Assembly: GCA_015233935.1 (NCBI GenBank)
Contig: JADFXB010000008.1
Coordinates: 2,532 to 66,531 of the forward strand
Reading direction: 5' to 3'
Length of the DNA: 64,000 nt
Origin: Magnetococcales bacterium
Lineage (GTDB): Bacteria > Pseudomonadota > Magnetococcia > Magnetococcales > JADFXB01
The position numbers and the translations under genes were made by a program. This document shows, piece after piece, positions 9,094 through 19,000 of the stretch. Every line of letters begins with the position of its first letter. The first letter of the stretch is position 1. The notes under the pieces were generated by a model. The model did not search any database. It worked only from the letters and a program-made list of their open reading frames with translations, and was not told the origin of the DNA.

Positions 9094-10272
9094 TCAGGAA
9101 GAACCATTCTCACTGCGTCCCAGCAGCCGTTGGGGCAGCAGGGTAAGCAGGCGGTCCAGCCACAGGGAAAAGGCAGGGGTGCGTTCCCGATTGGCTTGTA
9201 TGAGCAGATAGGCGGCCACCATGATCATGAGGATGTTGGGCAGCCAGAATCCCAGCAATGGCGTTACCAGTTGACGTTTGGCCAATCCCTCTCCCATGGT
9301 CAAAAGCAGCATATGAATGAGCATGAGGGCAATGGCCAGAACCAGGTTATAACCACGACCCGAACGGTGGTGGTGGACTCCCAAGGGGATGGCGGTCATT
9401 CCCAGAATCAGGGTAGCCAGGGGAATGGCCAATCGCCGATGCCATTCCATACGAGCGGCCAGGTTTTGTTTGGCATCGGTTGTGGTCATGGCCATCATCA
9501 ACTCTGGATGGCTCATAAGTTCCGGGCGGTTGCTCTGGCCTCCGCTGGCCATATCCATGGTAATTCCCAAATCCAGATCATAGGTGGCAAAGGTCATTTG
9601 CCGGATGGCTTGTTTTTCCAAAATTTGATGTTGACTGCCCTCTTTCAGCAAAATGGCTCCCCGTCCATCGGGCTTGCGATAGATCATCCCTTCACGGGCG
9701 GTGACCGTCATTTGTTGGTTGGGACGGCGATGGTCATGGATGAACAATCCACGAAGTACACCGCTTTCTCCATCCTTTTCCTGAATATGGATGGTCAAGC
9801 CAGAGGCCGGATGGTTGAAAAATTGTGGTTTGAGGGAGAGCAGGGTGGAGGTGAGCAGGGTTTCCTTGAGGCGGACGAAGGTGTGTCTGCTCTCCGGGAC
9901 CACCTGCCAAGTGAGCCAAAAGGAAAACAGGGTGGTAAAAATGGCCAACGGCAGGATGGGGGTGGAAATTTGCCACAAGCTCATGCCTGCCGCTTTCATC
10001 ACCACGATTTCGCTGTCATCGGAGAGGCGTCCCATGGCCAGAAGAATTCCCAACAGCAGGGACATGGGCAGGGTAATGAGTAAAAGGCGGGGCACCATCA
10101 AAAGAATCATGTCCAGCAAAACCGAAATCGGAGCATCCTTGTTGACCCACAAATCCACCAAGTCCAACACTTGGGGTAACAGCAAAAGAAAGGTCAATAC
10201 CAGCAGGGAGACCCCGGTGGTTTGGCCACATTCCATGAAAAGATAACGTGTTATGCGTATCATGCCCGTCAT
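9094..10272 (-). CDS. lptF: LPS export ABC permease LptF
   Basis: MIRITRYLF... N-terminus of the LptF/LptG family. The gene is divergent from pepA-holC, as in E. coli. Confidence 0.8.
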   Translation of the reverse strand: MTGMIRITRYLFMECGQTTGVSLLVLTFLLLLPQVLDLVDLWVNKDAPISVLLDMILLMVPRLLLITLPMSLLLGILLAMGRLSDDSEIVVMKAAGMSLWQISTPILPLAIFTTLFSFWLTWQVVPESRHTFVRLKETLLTSTLLSLKPQFFNHPASGLTIHIQEKDGESGVLRGLFIHDHRRPNQQMTVTAREGMIYRKPDGRGAILLKEGSQHQILEKQAIRQMTFATYDLDLGITMDMASGGQSNRPELMSHPELMMAMTTTDAKQNLAARMEWHRRLAIPLATLILGMTAIPLGVHHHRSGRGYNLVLAIALMLIHMLLLTMGEGLAKRQLVTPLLGFWLPNILMIMVAAYLLIQANRERTPAFSLWLDRLLTLLPQRLLGRSENGSS

Positions 10273-10490
10273 GAAAAGAAAGGAAAATTGAGAATTAGCA
10301 GGGCCAAACTCAATATTATCCTCCCGAACCTGCCACGGGGAAAGGAGGAAAATGGCCGCAAGTCAGAATGGAAGAAGCTGTAGGGGAAAGTTGATTTTAG
10401 GGCAAGGCGGGATTATCCTCATTTCTCGCCTTATGCTGGAAATAAAAACAAGATTTCATCGTTGGAGACCCCTGCTTGAAAAAACATTTG

Positions 10491-11465
10491 ATGCTGTTCT
10501 TCAAGGTTGTCATAACCGGTGGGGTTCTTTATCTGATCCTCTCCCATTTGGACTGGCAAGCCTTCAAGGCGGTGTTCGCCCGTATTCAATGGGGGCCGGT
10601 GGCTGGATGCGTCTTTTTATTGGTTTCCAGCCAGTTGCTCTCTGCCTATCGCTGGAAACTACTGGCCGAGGGATTATCTTTGCGGGCAGACTATTTTTCC
10701 ATGGTGCGTCATCTGTTTTCAGCGGCCTTTTTTGGTCAGTTTTTACCGGGTGGGGTGGGGGTCGATGCCTTTCGCATCTGGTTTTTCTCTCGCCGTTTAG
10801 GAAAAGGTACCCTTTTATCTGCCGGATATAGTGTGGTGGCCGAACGGATCAACAGCATTTTTGGTATGGCTTTGGTCTCATCGGTGGCGGCCTGGTTGGT
10901 GGTGGATGTACTGCCCATGGCCTGGGTCGGGGGACTAACCTTTTTTTGCGGCAGTGCGTTGCTGGTTTGGTTCATCCTACCCCTGCTCATTCGTTTCATC
11001 CAGAATCGTTGGCCACGGGTAACGCGCTTCTTAAGCCATGAAGTGTTGGTCTTTTGGCACTTGCGGGGGCCGTGGTGGCCTACCATCCTTCTTTCCATGG
11101 GGATGCATTTGATCCATGGCACCAGTGGGTTGATGTTGGGAACCGCCATGGGGTTTACTTTGCCGGTGGCCTACTATGTCTTTCTCGTTCCCACCGTCAA
11201 TCTGGTATCTTCCCTGCCGATTTCCATTGGTGGTTATGGAGTACGGGAAGGTATGTTTATTCTGCTTTTGGGGTACGTGGGGGTGGAGGTGGAGGATGCC
11301 TTGGCTTTTGCCATCCTCTTTTTGTTTTCTGCCATCTGGGTGCCCATGAGTGGCGGGTTGATCTACCTTTTGACCCGTGATGCCGGTGAGAGTACCCCCT
11401 TACAGGGCGTGCCCTCTTTGCAAGAGGAACTGACCTCGGAGGATAACCCTTCTCCCACCCGTTGA
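10491..11465 (+). CDS. UPF0104 / lysylphosphatidylglycerol-synthase-TM-region (flippase-like) membrane protein
   Basis: ORF 10476-11465 starts at TTG; the first ATG is at 10491. Polytopic, with the characteristic N-terminus KVVITGGVLYLILSHLDWQAF. Confidence 0.65.
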   Translation: MLFFKVVITGGVLYLILSHLDWQAFKAVFARIQWGPVAGCVFLLVSSQLLSAYRWKLLAEGLSLRADYFSMVRHLFSAAFFGQFLPGGVGVDAFRIWFFSRRLGKGTLLSAGYSVVAERINSIFGMALVSSVAAWLVVDVLPMAWVGGLTFFCGSALLVWFILPLLIRFIQNRWPRVTRFLSHEVLVFWHLRGPWWPTILLSMGMHLIHGTSGLMLGTAMGFTLPVAYYVFLVPTVNLVSSLPISIGGYGVREGMFILLLGYVGVEVEDALAFAILFLFSAIWVPMSGGLIYLLTRDAGESTPLQGVPSLQEELTSEDNPSPTR

Positions 11466-11492
11466 GGGTAACTAACCTTTGTTATCAGGTGA

Positions 11493-13022
11493 TTGGCCAT
11501 GAGCCGACTTGCGATGCATGTGGAATTGTCTTCTCATCAACCTATCGAATGGCAAGGCGATGCCGTGGCGGTGGGAATTTATGACGGTGGCGTGGCCCAG
11601 AAGGCTCTGGCCCAATTGGGAGAGCGGCTGGTCGCCCTGGTGGAGCAGGCGTTGAAGGGGGGCTGGTTCAAGGGCAAGTCCGATGAAATTCTGTTGTTGC
11701 CCGTTCCTGCCGATGCTCCCTTGCAAGTAGGACGAATTGTGCTGGTGGGATTGGGTAAGCCGGAAAAAATAACAGCCGAATCCTTGCGCTCCCTGGCGGG
11801 TCGTATGGTGGATGTGTGCAATCGCAGCAATATCACCTCCCTGTTAATGTTGCCAGCTTTGGAAAAATTCAAGGAGGTCAAAGGTGTCGATATTCTGGAA
11901 GCCATGGCGGAAGGGGTGTGGCTGGCCGATTATCGTTTTGACCACTATCGCAGCGACAAATCCGAATTAACCCAACGGATCCTTAATCTGGTTGTCCTGC
12001 CGGTGCGGGATAAAATTTCCCAGCAGGCGGCCACCGTACTGGATCATACCCGGCGGGTGGTCAACGGGGTTTATCTTACCCGTGATGTGGCCAATCAGCC
12101 TGCCAATCGCATGACACCGGAAGATTTGGCGCAAGTGGCGCGGGAGGTGGCCCATAAACACTCCCTGCATGTGACTGTTCTGGATGAGGAAAAACTGGCA
12201 GAAAAGGGCATGCACGCCTTGCTGGGAGTGGGGCAGGGCAGTTGTCATCCGCCCCGTTTGATCATTCTGGAATATCGGGGAGCAGGGGACAAGGCCCCCC
12301 TGGCCGTGGTGGGCAAAGCGGTCACCTTTGATGCCGGGGGCATCTCCCTGAAACCAGCGGGCAAGATGCATGAAATGAAGTATGACATGTGTGGCGGCGC
12401 GGCGGTATTGGGCTTCATGCAGGCCATTGCCGATCTCAAAGCCCCGGTCAATGTGGTGGGAATCATTCCGGCAGCGGAAAATCTTCCCTCTGGTACCGCC
12501 CAACGCCCTGGGGATATTGTCAAAACTGCCAAAGGTTTGTTTGTGGAAATTCAAAACACCGATGCAGAAGGCCGTTTGATTCTCTGTGACGCCATCCACT
12601 ATGCGGAACATTTTAATCCCCACACCATCATCGACCTGGCCACTTTGACCGGGGCGTGTGGCATTGCCCTGGGCAGCCATGCCAGCGGTCTGTTTGTCAA
12701 CAATCAACGGCTGTGTGATGCCTTGTTGGAAGCTGGTCGCCATACCGGTGAAAGACTTTGGCAGCTTCCCATGTTTGATGAATACCAGGCCGTCCTCAAA
12801 ACCCCGGCAGCAGATTTGCGCAACATTGGGGATGGTCAGGCGGGGGCCATTATTGGGGCCTGTTTCTTAAGCCGCTTTGTGGGGGAAAATCGTCGCTGGG
12901 CACATTTGGATATTGCTGCCACCTCCTTCGACCTGGAGGGTAAGCGTTCTTACTCTCCCAAAGGGGCGACCGGTATAGGCGTTCGGCTCTTGTGCCGTTT
13001 TGTCCTGGAAAACTTTTCCTGA
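11493..13022 (+). CDS. pepA: Leucyl aminopeptidase (M17)
   Basis: VVGKAVTFDAGGISLKP and NTDAEGRLILCDA motifs. Confidence 0.92.
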   Translation: MAMSRLAMHVELSSHQPIEWQGDAVAVGIYDGGVAQKALAQLGERLVALVEQALKGGWFKGKSDEILLLPVPADAPLQVGRIVLVGLGKPEKITAESLRSLAGRMVDVCNRSNITSLLMLPALEKFKEVKGVDILEAMAEGVWLADYRFDHYRSDKSELTQRILNLVVLPVRDKISQQAATVLDHTRRVVNGVYLTRDVANQPANRMTPEDLAQVAREVAHKHSLHVTVLDEEKLAEKGMHALLGVGQGSCHPPRLIILEYRGAGDKAPLAVVGKAVTFDAGGISLKPAGKMHEMKYDMCGGAAVLGFMQAIADLKAPVNVVGIIPAAENLPSGTAQRPGDIVKTAKGLFVEIQNTDAEGRLILCDAIHYAEHFNPHTIIDLATLTGACGIALGSHASGLFVNNQRLCDALLEAGRHTGERLWQLPMFDEYQAVLKTPAADLRNIGDGQAGAIIGACFLSRFVGENRRWAHLDIAATSFDLEGKRSYSPKGATGIGVRLLCRFVLENFS

Positions 13023-13489
13023 TGGCCAGACAAAACAGCGGCCCACCGCTGGTTCGTTTTTATCAGTTGGCAGCCTTGCCCTTGCACGAGTGTATCCGCC
13101 GTTTGGCGGAAAAGGCATTGGAGCGGGGGTTGCTGGTTTGCGTGGTGACCGGTGGGGGCGAGTGGGAGACCTATTTGGATGATTATCTTTGGCAGGTGCC
13201 CGTGCAGGGGTTTCTCCCCCACGGGCGATGCCAGGATTCCCAACCCCATCGTCAGCCGGTATTGCTCTGTCAGCAGCCGGTGGATATCAATGGGGCTACG
13301 GTGGTTATGGTGGCCAATGGTATTCTATTGGAACCCCATGACCCGTTTGACATGATCATAGATTTTGCTTTTGTGAACAATCCCCAAGCCTTGCAAGAAA
13401 GTCGCAACCGTTATCTTCACTACCGGAAGGCGGGATGTACCATGGAATATTGGGTGCAGAGCGAGACAGGATGGAAAAAACAGGGGTGA
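13022..13489 (+). CDS. holC: DNA polymerase III chi subunit
   Basis: YLDDYLWQVPVQGFLPHG motif. The ATG at 13022 overlaps the pepA stop (TGATG). Conserved pepA-holC synteny. Confidence 0.8.
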   Translation: MARQNSGPPLVRFYQLAALPLHECIRRLAEKALERGLLVCVVTGGGEWETYLDDYLWQVPVQGFLPHGRCQDSQPHRQPVLLCQQPVDINGATVVMVANGILLEPHDPFDMIIDFAFVNNPQALQESRNRYLHYRKAGCTMEYWVQSETGWKKQG

Positions 13490-13498
13490 TGACCGGAA

Positions 13499-14545
13499 TC
13501 AGGGTAATCCCCACTTTTTTTTCAGATTGAGCAGTTTGGCCAGTTCCCCTTTTAGATCCGTCTTTTCTTCCTCCGGTTGCGGGAGTTGTTGCTGACGGGG
13601 AGCAGGGCGACGGGCTTGCAGGGATTGCAAATATTCCCGCTGCATAAAGGCCACAGTTTCTTCAATGTGCATGGCAATGGTTTCGTTGGGTATGTCAAAC
13701 TGGACTCCCACTTTGCCACTGTTTTTCTCACAGCCATCCTTGGTTCCAGCCCGGCCCACATTGCGAACGAACGCGCTGATTTTTAATTTTTCAAACAGGG
13801 GGCAGGTGAGTTCCAGGTTGAGGAGGCTGCCAATGGGAAACTCCTCCGGGTCTTGTACATTATAGCAAAATCCCAGACCGCCCACGCTCATATCCACAAT
13901 TCTTATGGGGATGTTTTCCTTAATCTTTTTGAGGAAGACCTGCAAATTGGCACCTTCGGTACAGGGGGCGCGATAGTGCCGTCGTTTGCGGATCATGCGC
14001 ATTTCCCTGGGGAAGGAAAGTTTGAGGACAGGTTCTTCCCGCAAGATCAGAGTGCCCTCAAACCGCACACTGAATTCCAGGGATTTGACTCCTTGGAAAA
14101 AGCGCAGATCCACCTCTTTGCTGGAGCGGATCAAGGCATTGCCCATGGCGGGGGAGAGGGGGGCGATGAGCAGGTGGTTTTTTTCCCTGAGATAAGAGTA
14201 GGGTTGATAGGGTGGATAGTTGGCTTGCGTCCCTTCGCTGGCAGGGGTAGGGGGTGTATCGGCACCGGCTGCGGGAGTGGCTGGGATGGCTTCGGGTAAA
14301 TGGTCGAGAAAATAAGAAAAATAGATACGAGTACGGTCGTTGATGGTAACTTCCACATTTTCACCATCAGCCAGGGCTTTTTCAATGTAGCGGACGACTT
14401 GGGTGGTATCTTTAATCAGGTCATACGGCTCCTCTGGCAGGCGTCCTGCGCTGTTTTTTCCAGCGGGGGAATCTTTGGTAGGGCCGCTCATCTCTTGTTT
14501 CCTGCATTGCAAGGTGCTGAGACCTGGGGTTAAAGAGTCACTCAT
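13499..14545 (-). CDS. YcgR-like PilZ domain c-di-GMP receptor
   Basis: RRHYR (RxxxR) and DMSVGGLG (D/NxSxxG) motifs. Paralogous in architecture to 35794-36897. Confidence 0.8.
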   Translation of the reverse strand: MSDSLTPGLSTLQCRKQEMSGPTKDSPAGKNSAGRLPEEPYDLIKDTTQVVRYIEKALADGENVEVTINDRTRIYFSYFLDHLPEAIPATPAAGADTPPTPASEGTQANYPPYQPYSYLREKNHLLIAPLSPAMGNALIRSSKEVDLRFFQGVKSLEFSVRFEGTLILREEPVLKLSFPREMRMIRKRRHYRAPCTEGANLQVFLKKIKENIPIRIVDMSVGGLGFCYNVQDPEEFPIGSLLNLELTCPLFEKLKISAFVRNVGRAGTKDGCEKNSGKVGVQFDIPNETIAMHIEETVAFMQREYLQSLQARRPAPRQQQLPQPEEEKTDLKGELAKLLNLKKKWGLP

Positions 14546-14886
14546 TTCCTATCAAAATCTAGCAATAAAAATCTAGCAATATGCATGCCATATTATTATT
14601 AACGGGTTGACAGGCTCCCCTATTCCCATTTGACAGACGCCCTCACCGTAAAATTTCACTTCTACCATAAACCTTCTGATCTAGAATCTTGTCAATCTCT
14701 TGACAACTTTCCTCCCTTCCTCCATACCACCACACAGACAATAAAAATGTTTTCATCAAGACAAATGTTGGCAGCTTGTGGAAGTATTGGAGATCTATTA
14801 CATTCATGGATAAGCTCTTGGGGAAGAGCCTGATTATTGACGTAACAGCAAGAACGCCGTTAGAAAAACTGGGATCGCATATTACC

Positions 14887-15957
14887 ATGGCCACGCATGT
14901 AGACATCTGTTCTGCCAAGATACTGATTATCGATGATCAATTAGCCAACGTGAAACTATTGGAAAAAACCCTCATCAGCGAAGGCTTTCAATTCGTGGAA
15001 GGCGTCACCGATCCCCAACTCGGCCTGGAACTCTACTCTGAAAAACGCCACGACCTGGTCCTCCTGGATATCCGCATGCCCATTCTCAATGGCTTCCAGG
15101 TCATGGAAAAAATGCAAGACCTCGAAAATAATTCCTATATCCCCGTCCTGGTGCTCACCGCCCAAACCGATATGGATACCCGCAAACAAGCCCTGGAAAA
15201 AGGGGCACGCGACTTCCTCACCAAACCCTTCGACCGCATCGAAGCCCTCTGCCGGATCCGCAACCTGTTGGAAGTACATTTATTACAAAAAGAAATTAAA
15301 AGTTATAATTGTGAGCTGGAAATAAGGGTGCGCCAACGCACCCGTGAATTGCACGATACCCGTCTGGAAATCATCCGCCGCTTAGGACGCGCCTCCGAAT
15401 ACCGGGATAACGAAACCGGTATGCATATCTCCCGCATGAGCCATTACTCCGAAATCATCGCCCGCCGACTGGGCATGGATGATAAATTTTGCGAAATGAT
15501 CCTGGACGCCAGCCCCATGCACGACCTGGGCAAAATCGGCATCCCGGACAGTATCCTGCTCAAACCAGGCAAACTAGACCCCACCGAATGGGAAATCATG
15601 AAAACCCACGCCGCCATTGGTGCCGAACTCCTGGCCGGCTGCGAAGCCCCCTTGCTGGAAATGGCCCGTAATATTGCCCTCACCCACCACGAACGCTGGG
15701 ACGGTTCAGGCTACCCCCAGGGGTTGGCCGGAGAACAAATCCCACTGGTCGGACGTATCGCTACCCTGGCCGATGTCTTCGACGCCCTCACCAGTGCCCG
15801 TCCCTACAAAGTCGCATGGTCCGTGGAACAAGCCGTGCAAGAAATTCGCTCCCAAAATGGACGCCAATTCGACGGTCGTATCGTTGAAGTATTTGAAAGG
15901 GTGTTGCCGGAAATTCTTAGTGTTAAACAAAGGTTTGCCGATCCGGAATTGCATTAG
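14887..15957 (+). CDS. Response regulator with HD-GYP phosphodiesterase output (RpfG family)
   Basis: ORF 14776-15957; the likely start is MATHVDICSAKILIIDDQ (ATG at 14887). Receiver DLVLLDIRMP; HDLGKIGIP ... HHERWDGSGYPQGL. Confidence 0.88.
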   Translation: MATHVDICSAKILIIDDQLANVKLLEKTLISEGFQFVEGVTDPQLGLELYSEKRHDLVLLDIRMPILNGFQVMEKMQDLENNSYIPVLVLTAQTDMDTRKQALEKGARDFLTKPFDRIEALCRIRNLLEVHLLQKEIKSYNCELEIRVRQRTRELHDTRLEIIRRLGRASEYRDNETGMHISRMSHYSEIIARRLGMDDKFCEMILDASPMHDLGKIGIPDSILLKPGKLDPTEWEIMKTHAAIGAELLAGCEAPLLEMARNIALTHHERWDGSGYPQGLAGEQIPLVGRIATLADVFDALTSARPYKVAWSVEQAVQEIRSQNGRQFDGRIVEVFERVLPEILSVKQRFADPELH

Positions 15958-16004
15958 TCCAATGCTCTTATCCCTATTCAAACCATCCCTGGCAGGTAAA
16001 GATC

Positions 16005-19000
16005 ATGTCCATCAATGAATTGGAAGATGGTATCGGACGTTTGCGGGCAGCCTTTTTGGCCCAGTTGCCCGACCGAATTGCCGATATGGAGCACTCCTTC
16101 CAAAACTGGCAGGCCAGCAAAGGAGAGTGGCATCACCTGGATGAACTACACCTCTTTCTGCAACGCTTGATCGGCAGTTCCGCCACCTTTGACTTTCTGG
16201 AATTAAGCGAAAAGGTGCGCCCCTTCTCCAACCTGGTCAAACGCCTCCTGAATCGGAAAAATTCACCCGATCAAGAGATCATTGGTTGGGTTGCCAGCCA
16301 TCTGGTGGAATTAAAAAGTTATTCTGTGCATTTGCAGGAGTCATTTCAACAACAATCCTGTCAGAAATCCGATACCAGAAGTGTTCCCTACTGGCCCACC
16401 GAACGGCAAGTCTTCATCCTCTGCCAGGATGAAGATCTCATCCAACAGTTCCAATGGGAAATTTCCAAACGAGATCACCAAATTTGCCGCTTCAACACCC
16501 TGGAAGAGATGATCCTGGCCATGCAGGACGGGGGAATGCCTGCCGGACTGGTCATCGATATGGATATGCTGCCACAAGTGGATGCAGATGTACGTATCTA
16601 TTTTGAAAGCAAATATCGCAATATGCAAACCCCTGTTCCCGTGATCATCCTCTCCTCCCAGGACGGATTGAATGCCCGCCTGCGGGCCGTGCGCATGGGT
16701 GGTAACCATTTTTCCCATAAACCAGTCAACGTCTTCAAACTCTCTTTGCTCCTCACCCCCTGGCTGAAAACCGCCCCCCTGGAACCCTACCGGGTCCTGT
16801 TGGTGGACGATGACGATCTTCTCATCCAATATTACCAGATCGTCCTGGCCAGTGCCGGATTCCAGGTGGAAGCCATTCAGGACCCCTTTCGTTTGTTGGA
16901 CGTGATGCACTCCTTCAACCCGGAAGTGGTGGTCTTGGATCTCTATCTGCCCGGTTGCAACGGCATCGAGCTGGCTTCAGTGATCCGCCAGTCGGAAATG
17001 TTTATCACCACCCCCATACTCTTTCTCTCCGCCGAAGAAAATTTGGGACGGCGATTGTCCGATCAACACCTGGCCCACATGGACCACCTGCTCAAACCTG
17101 TCTATCCCACAGCCCTGATACGTGCCGTCTCCGCCCGCATCAAACAGGCCAGGGCGCGCTCCCTTATGGAAGAACACCTGCGCTCCGCCCTGCAGGAGTT
17201 GGAAAACTTCCAATTTGCCCTCAATCAACATGCCATCGTCAGTGCCACCGACCATTTGGGGCGTATTACTTATGTAAATGATAAATTTTGCGAAATCAGC
17301 GAATACTCCCCCCATGAATTGATTGGTGCTACCCACCGGATTGTCAACAGCGGCTTTCATCCATCCTCCTTTTTTCAGGGGATGTGGGAAACCATTCTCT
17401 CAGGTCAGGTGTGGCACGGTCAGGTCAAAAATCGCCGCAAGGATGGTACCTTCTATTGGGTGGAAGCCACCATCGTTCCGTTTATGGATGAACATGGCTA
17501 TCCTCGGGAATTTATCTCCATCCGTACCGAAATTACCCATCAGAAAAAAACCGAAGAAGAAGCCCGCAGCATGGCCCTGTTTGCGGAAATGAATCCCTCG
17601 CCAGTCTTTCGTCTTGATCGCTCTGGTCACATTCTGGAAGCCAACCCGGCAGCAGTGCAAATATTGGGTATCGGTGACAAGCTCGGGGAAAAACTCTCCA
17701 CCCTGCTACCCAACGCAGAACATTTGGATGTGGATGCCTGCATCCGCGACAACGAAACCATCGCCCTTGCCCTGCAACTGGAAGATCATTATTACCAGTT
17801 CGTCCTTCATGGGGTGGCGGATTTGGGGGTTTGCCACGCCTATGGCTTTGATGTCACCGATCTGGAAAATGCTCGTGGTGAATTGCAGGAGGCCAAAGAG
17901 TACGCCGAAAGTTTGATCAACAGCTCCCTGGATATGATCATTTCAGTGGATATCAACCGCCGCATCAGCCAGTTCAATCCGGCTGCCGAAAGATGTTTTG
18001 GGTACCGACAAGACGAGGTTCTGGGCAGGACCACCGATTTTCTCTATGCCGACCCCGATGAAGTGGAAAAGTTGCGTTCCATTACCTGGGTCAACGGTCA
18101 ATTCAAAGGGGAAATTCGCAGCCGTCGCAAGAATGGGGAGTTTTTCTACTGCTTCCTCTCCTCCTCACCTTTATACGATAAAAGTGGTCGTCGCATTGGC
18201 TATATGGGTATCTCAAGGGATATCACCGAACTGAAAATGGCGGAAGAGGTGCTGCGCGAGAACGAGCAACGCATTCGTGCCATCCTGGAAAGTACGGTGG
18301 ATGGCATTATCGTGGCCGATGAAAAAGGCATCGTCGAACTCTATAACTCCTCCGCCGAACGTATTTTTGGCTACGCCGCCGAAGAGGTCATGGGGCAAAA
18401 TCTCAACATGCTCATGCCCGAACCCTATGCCAGCGAACACGATGCCTACTTGCAAAACTATCTTTCCTCTGGGATAGCCAAAATTATTGGTGTGGGTAGA
18501 GAGGTGGAAGGACGACGCAAAACCGGGCAAACCGTTCCCCTCTTCTTGTCGGTCAGTGAATTTCGACTGGGTGAAAAACGCATGTTTACCGGGGTAGTCA
18601 GCGATATCACCGCCCGTAAACAGGCAGAAATGGATTTACGTGCCGCCAAAGAGGCCGCAGAAAAAGCCAGTCGCGCCAAGTCGGAATTTCTCTCCAGCAT
18701 GAGCCATGAACTGCGTACCCCCATGAATGCGGTGCTGGGCTTCTCCCAATTGATGCAGTCCGATCCCACCGAACCCTTGAGCGAATCCCAGCAAGATAGC
18801 GTGCAAGAGATTATCAGTGCCGGTCAACATTTGTTGGAATTGATCAACGAGGTGTTGGACCTGGCCAAGATTGAAGCTGGACGGGTGCAGTTGACCATGG
18901 AAGAGGTCTCCTTGCGGGAGGTGTTGGAGGAGTGCCTAAGTCTGGTCTCCGCCCTTGCCTTGCAAAAGGGTATCCTGGTGGAGCTGGAAGAGATGCAGTG

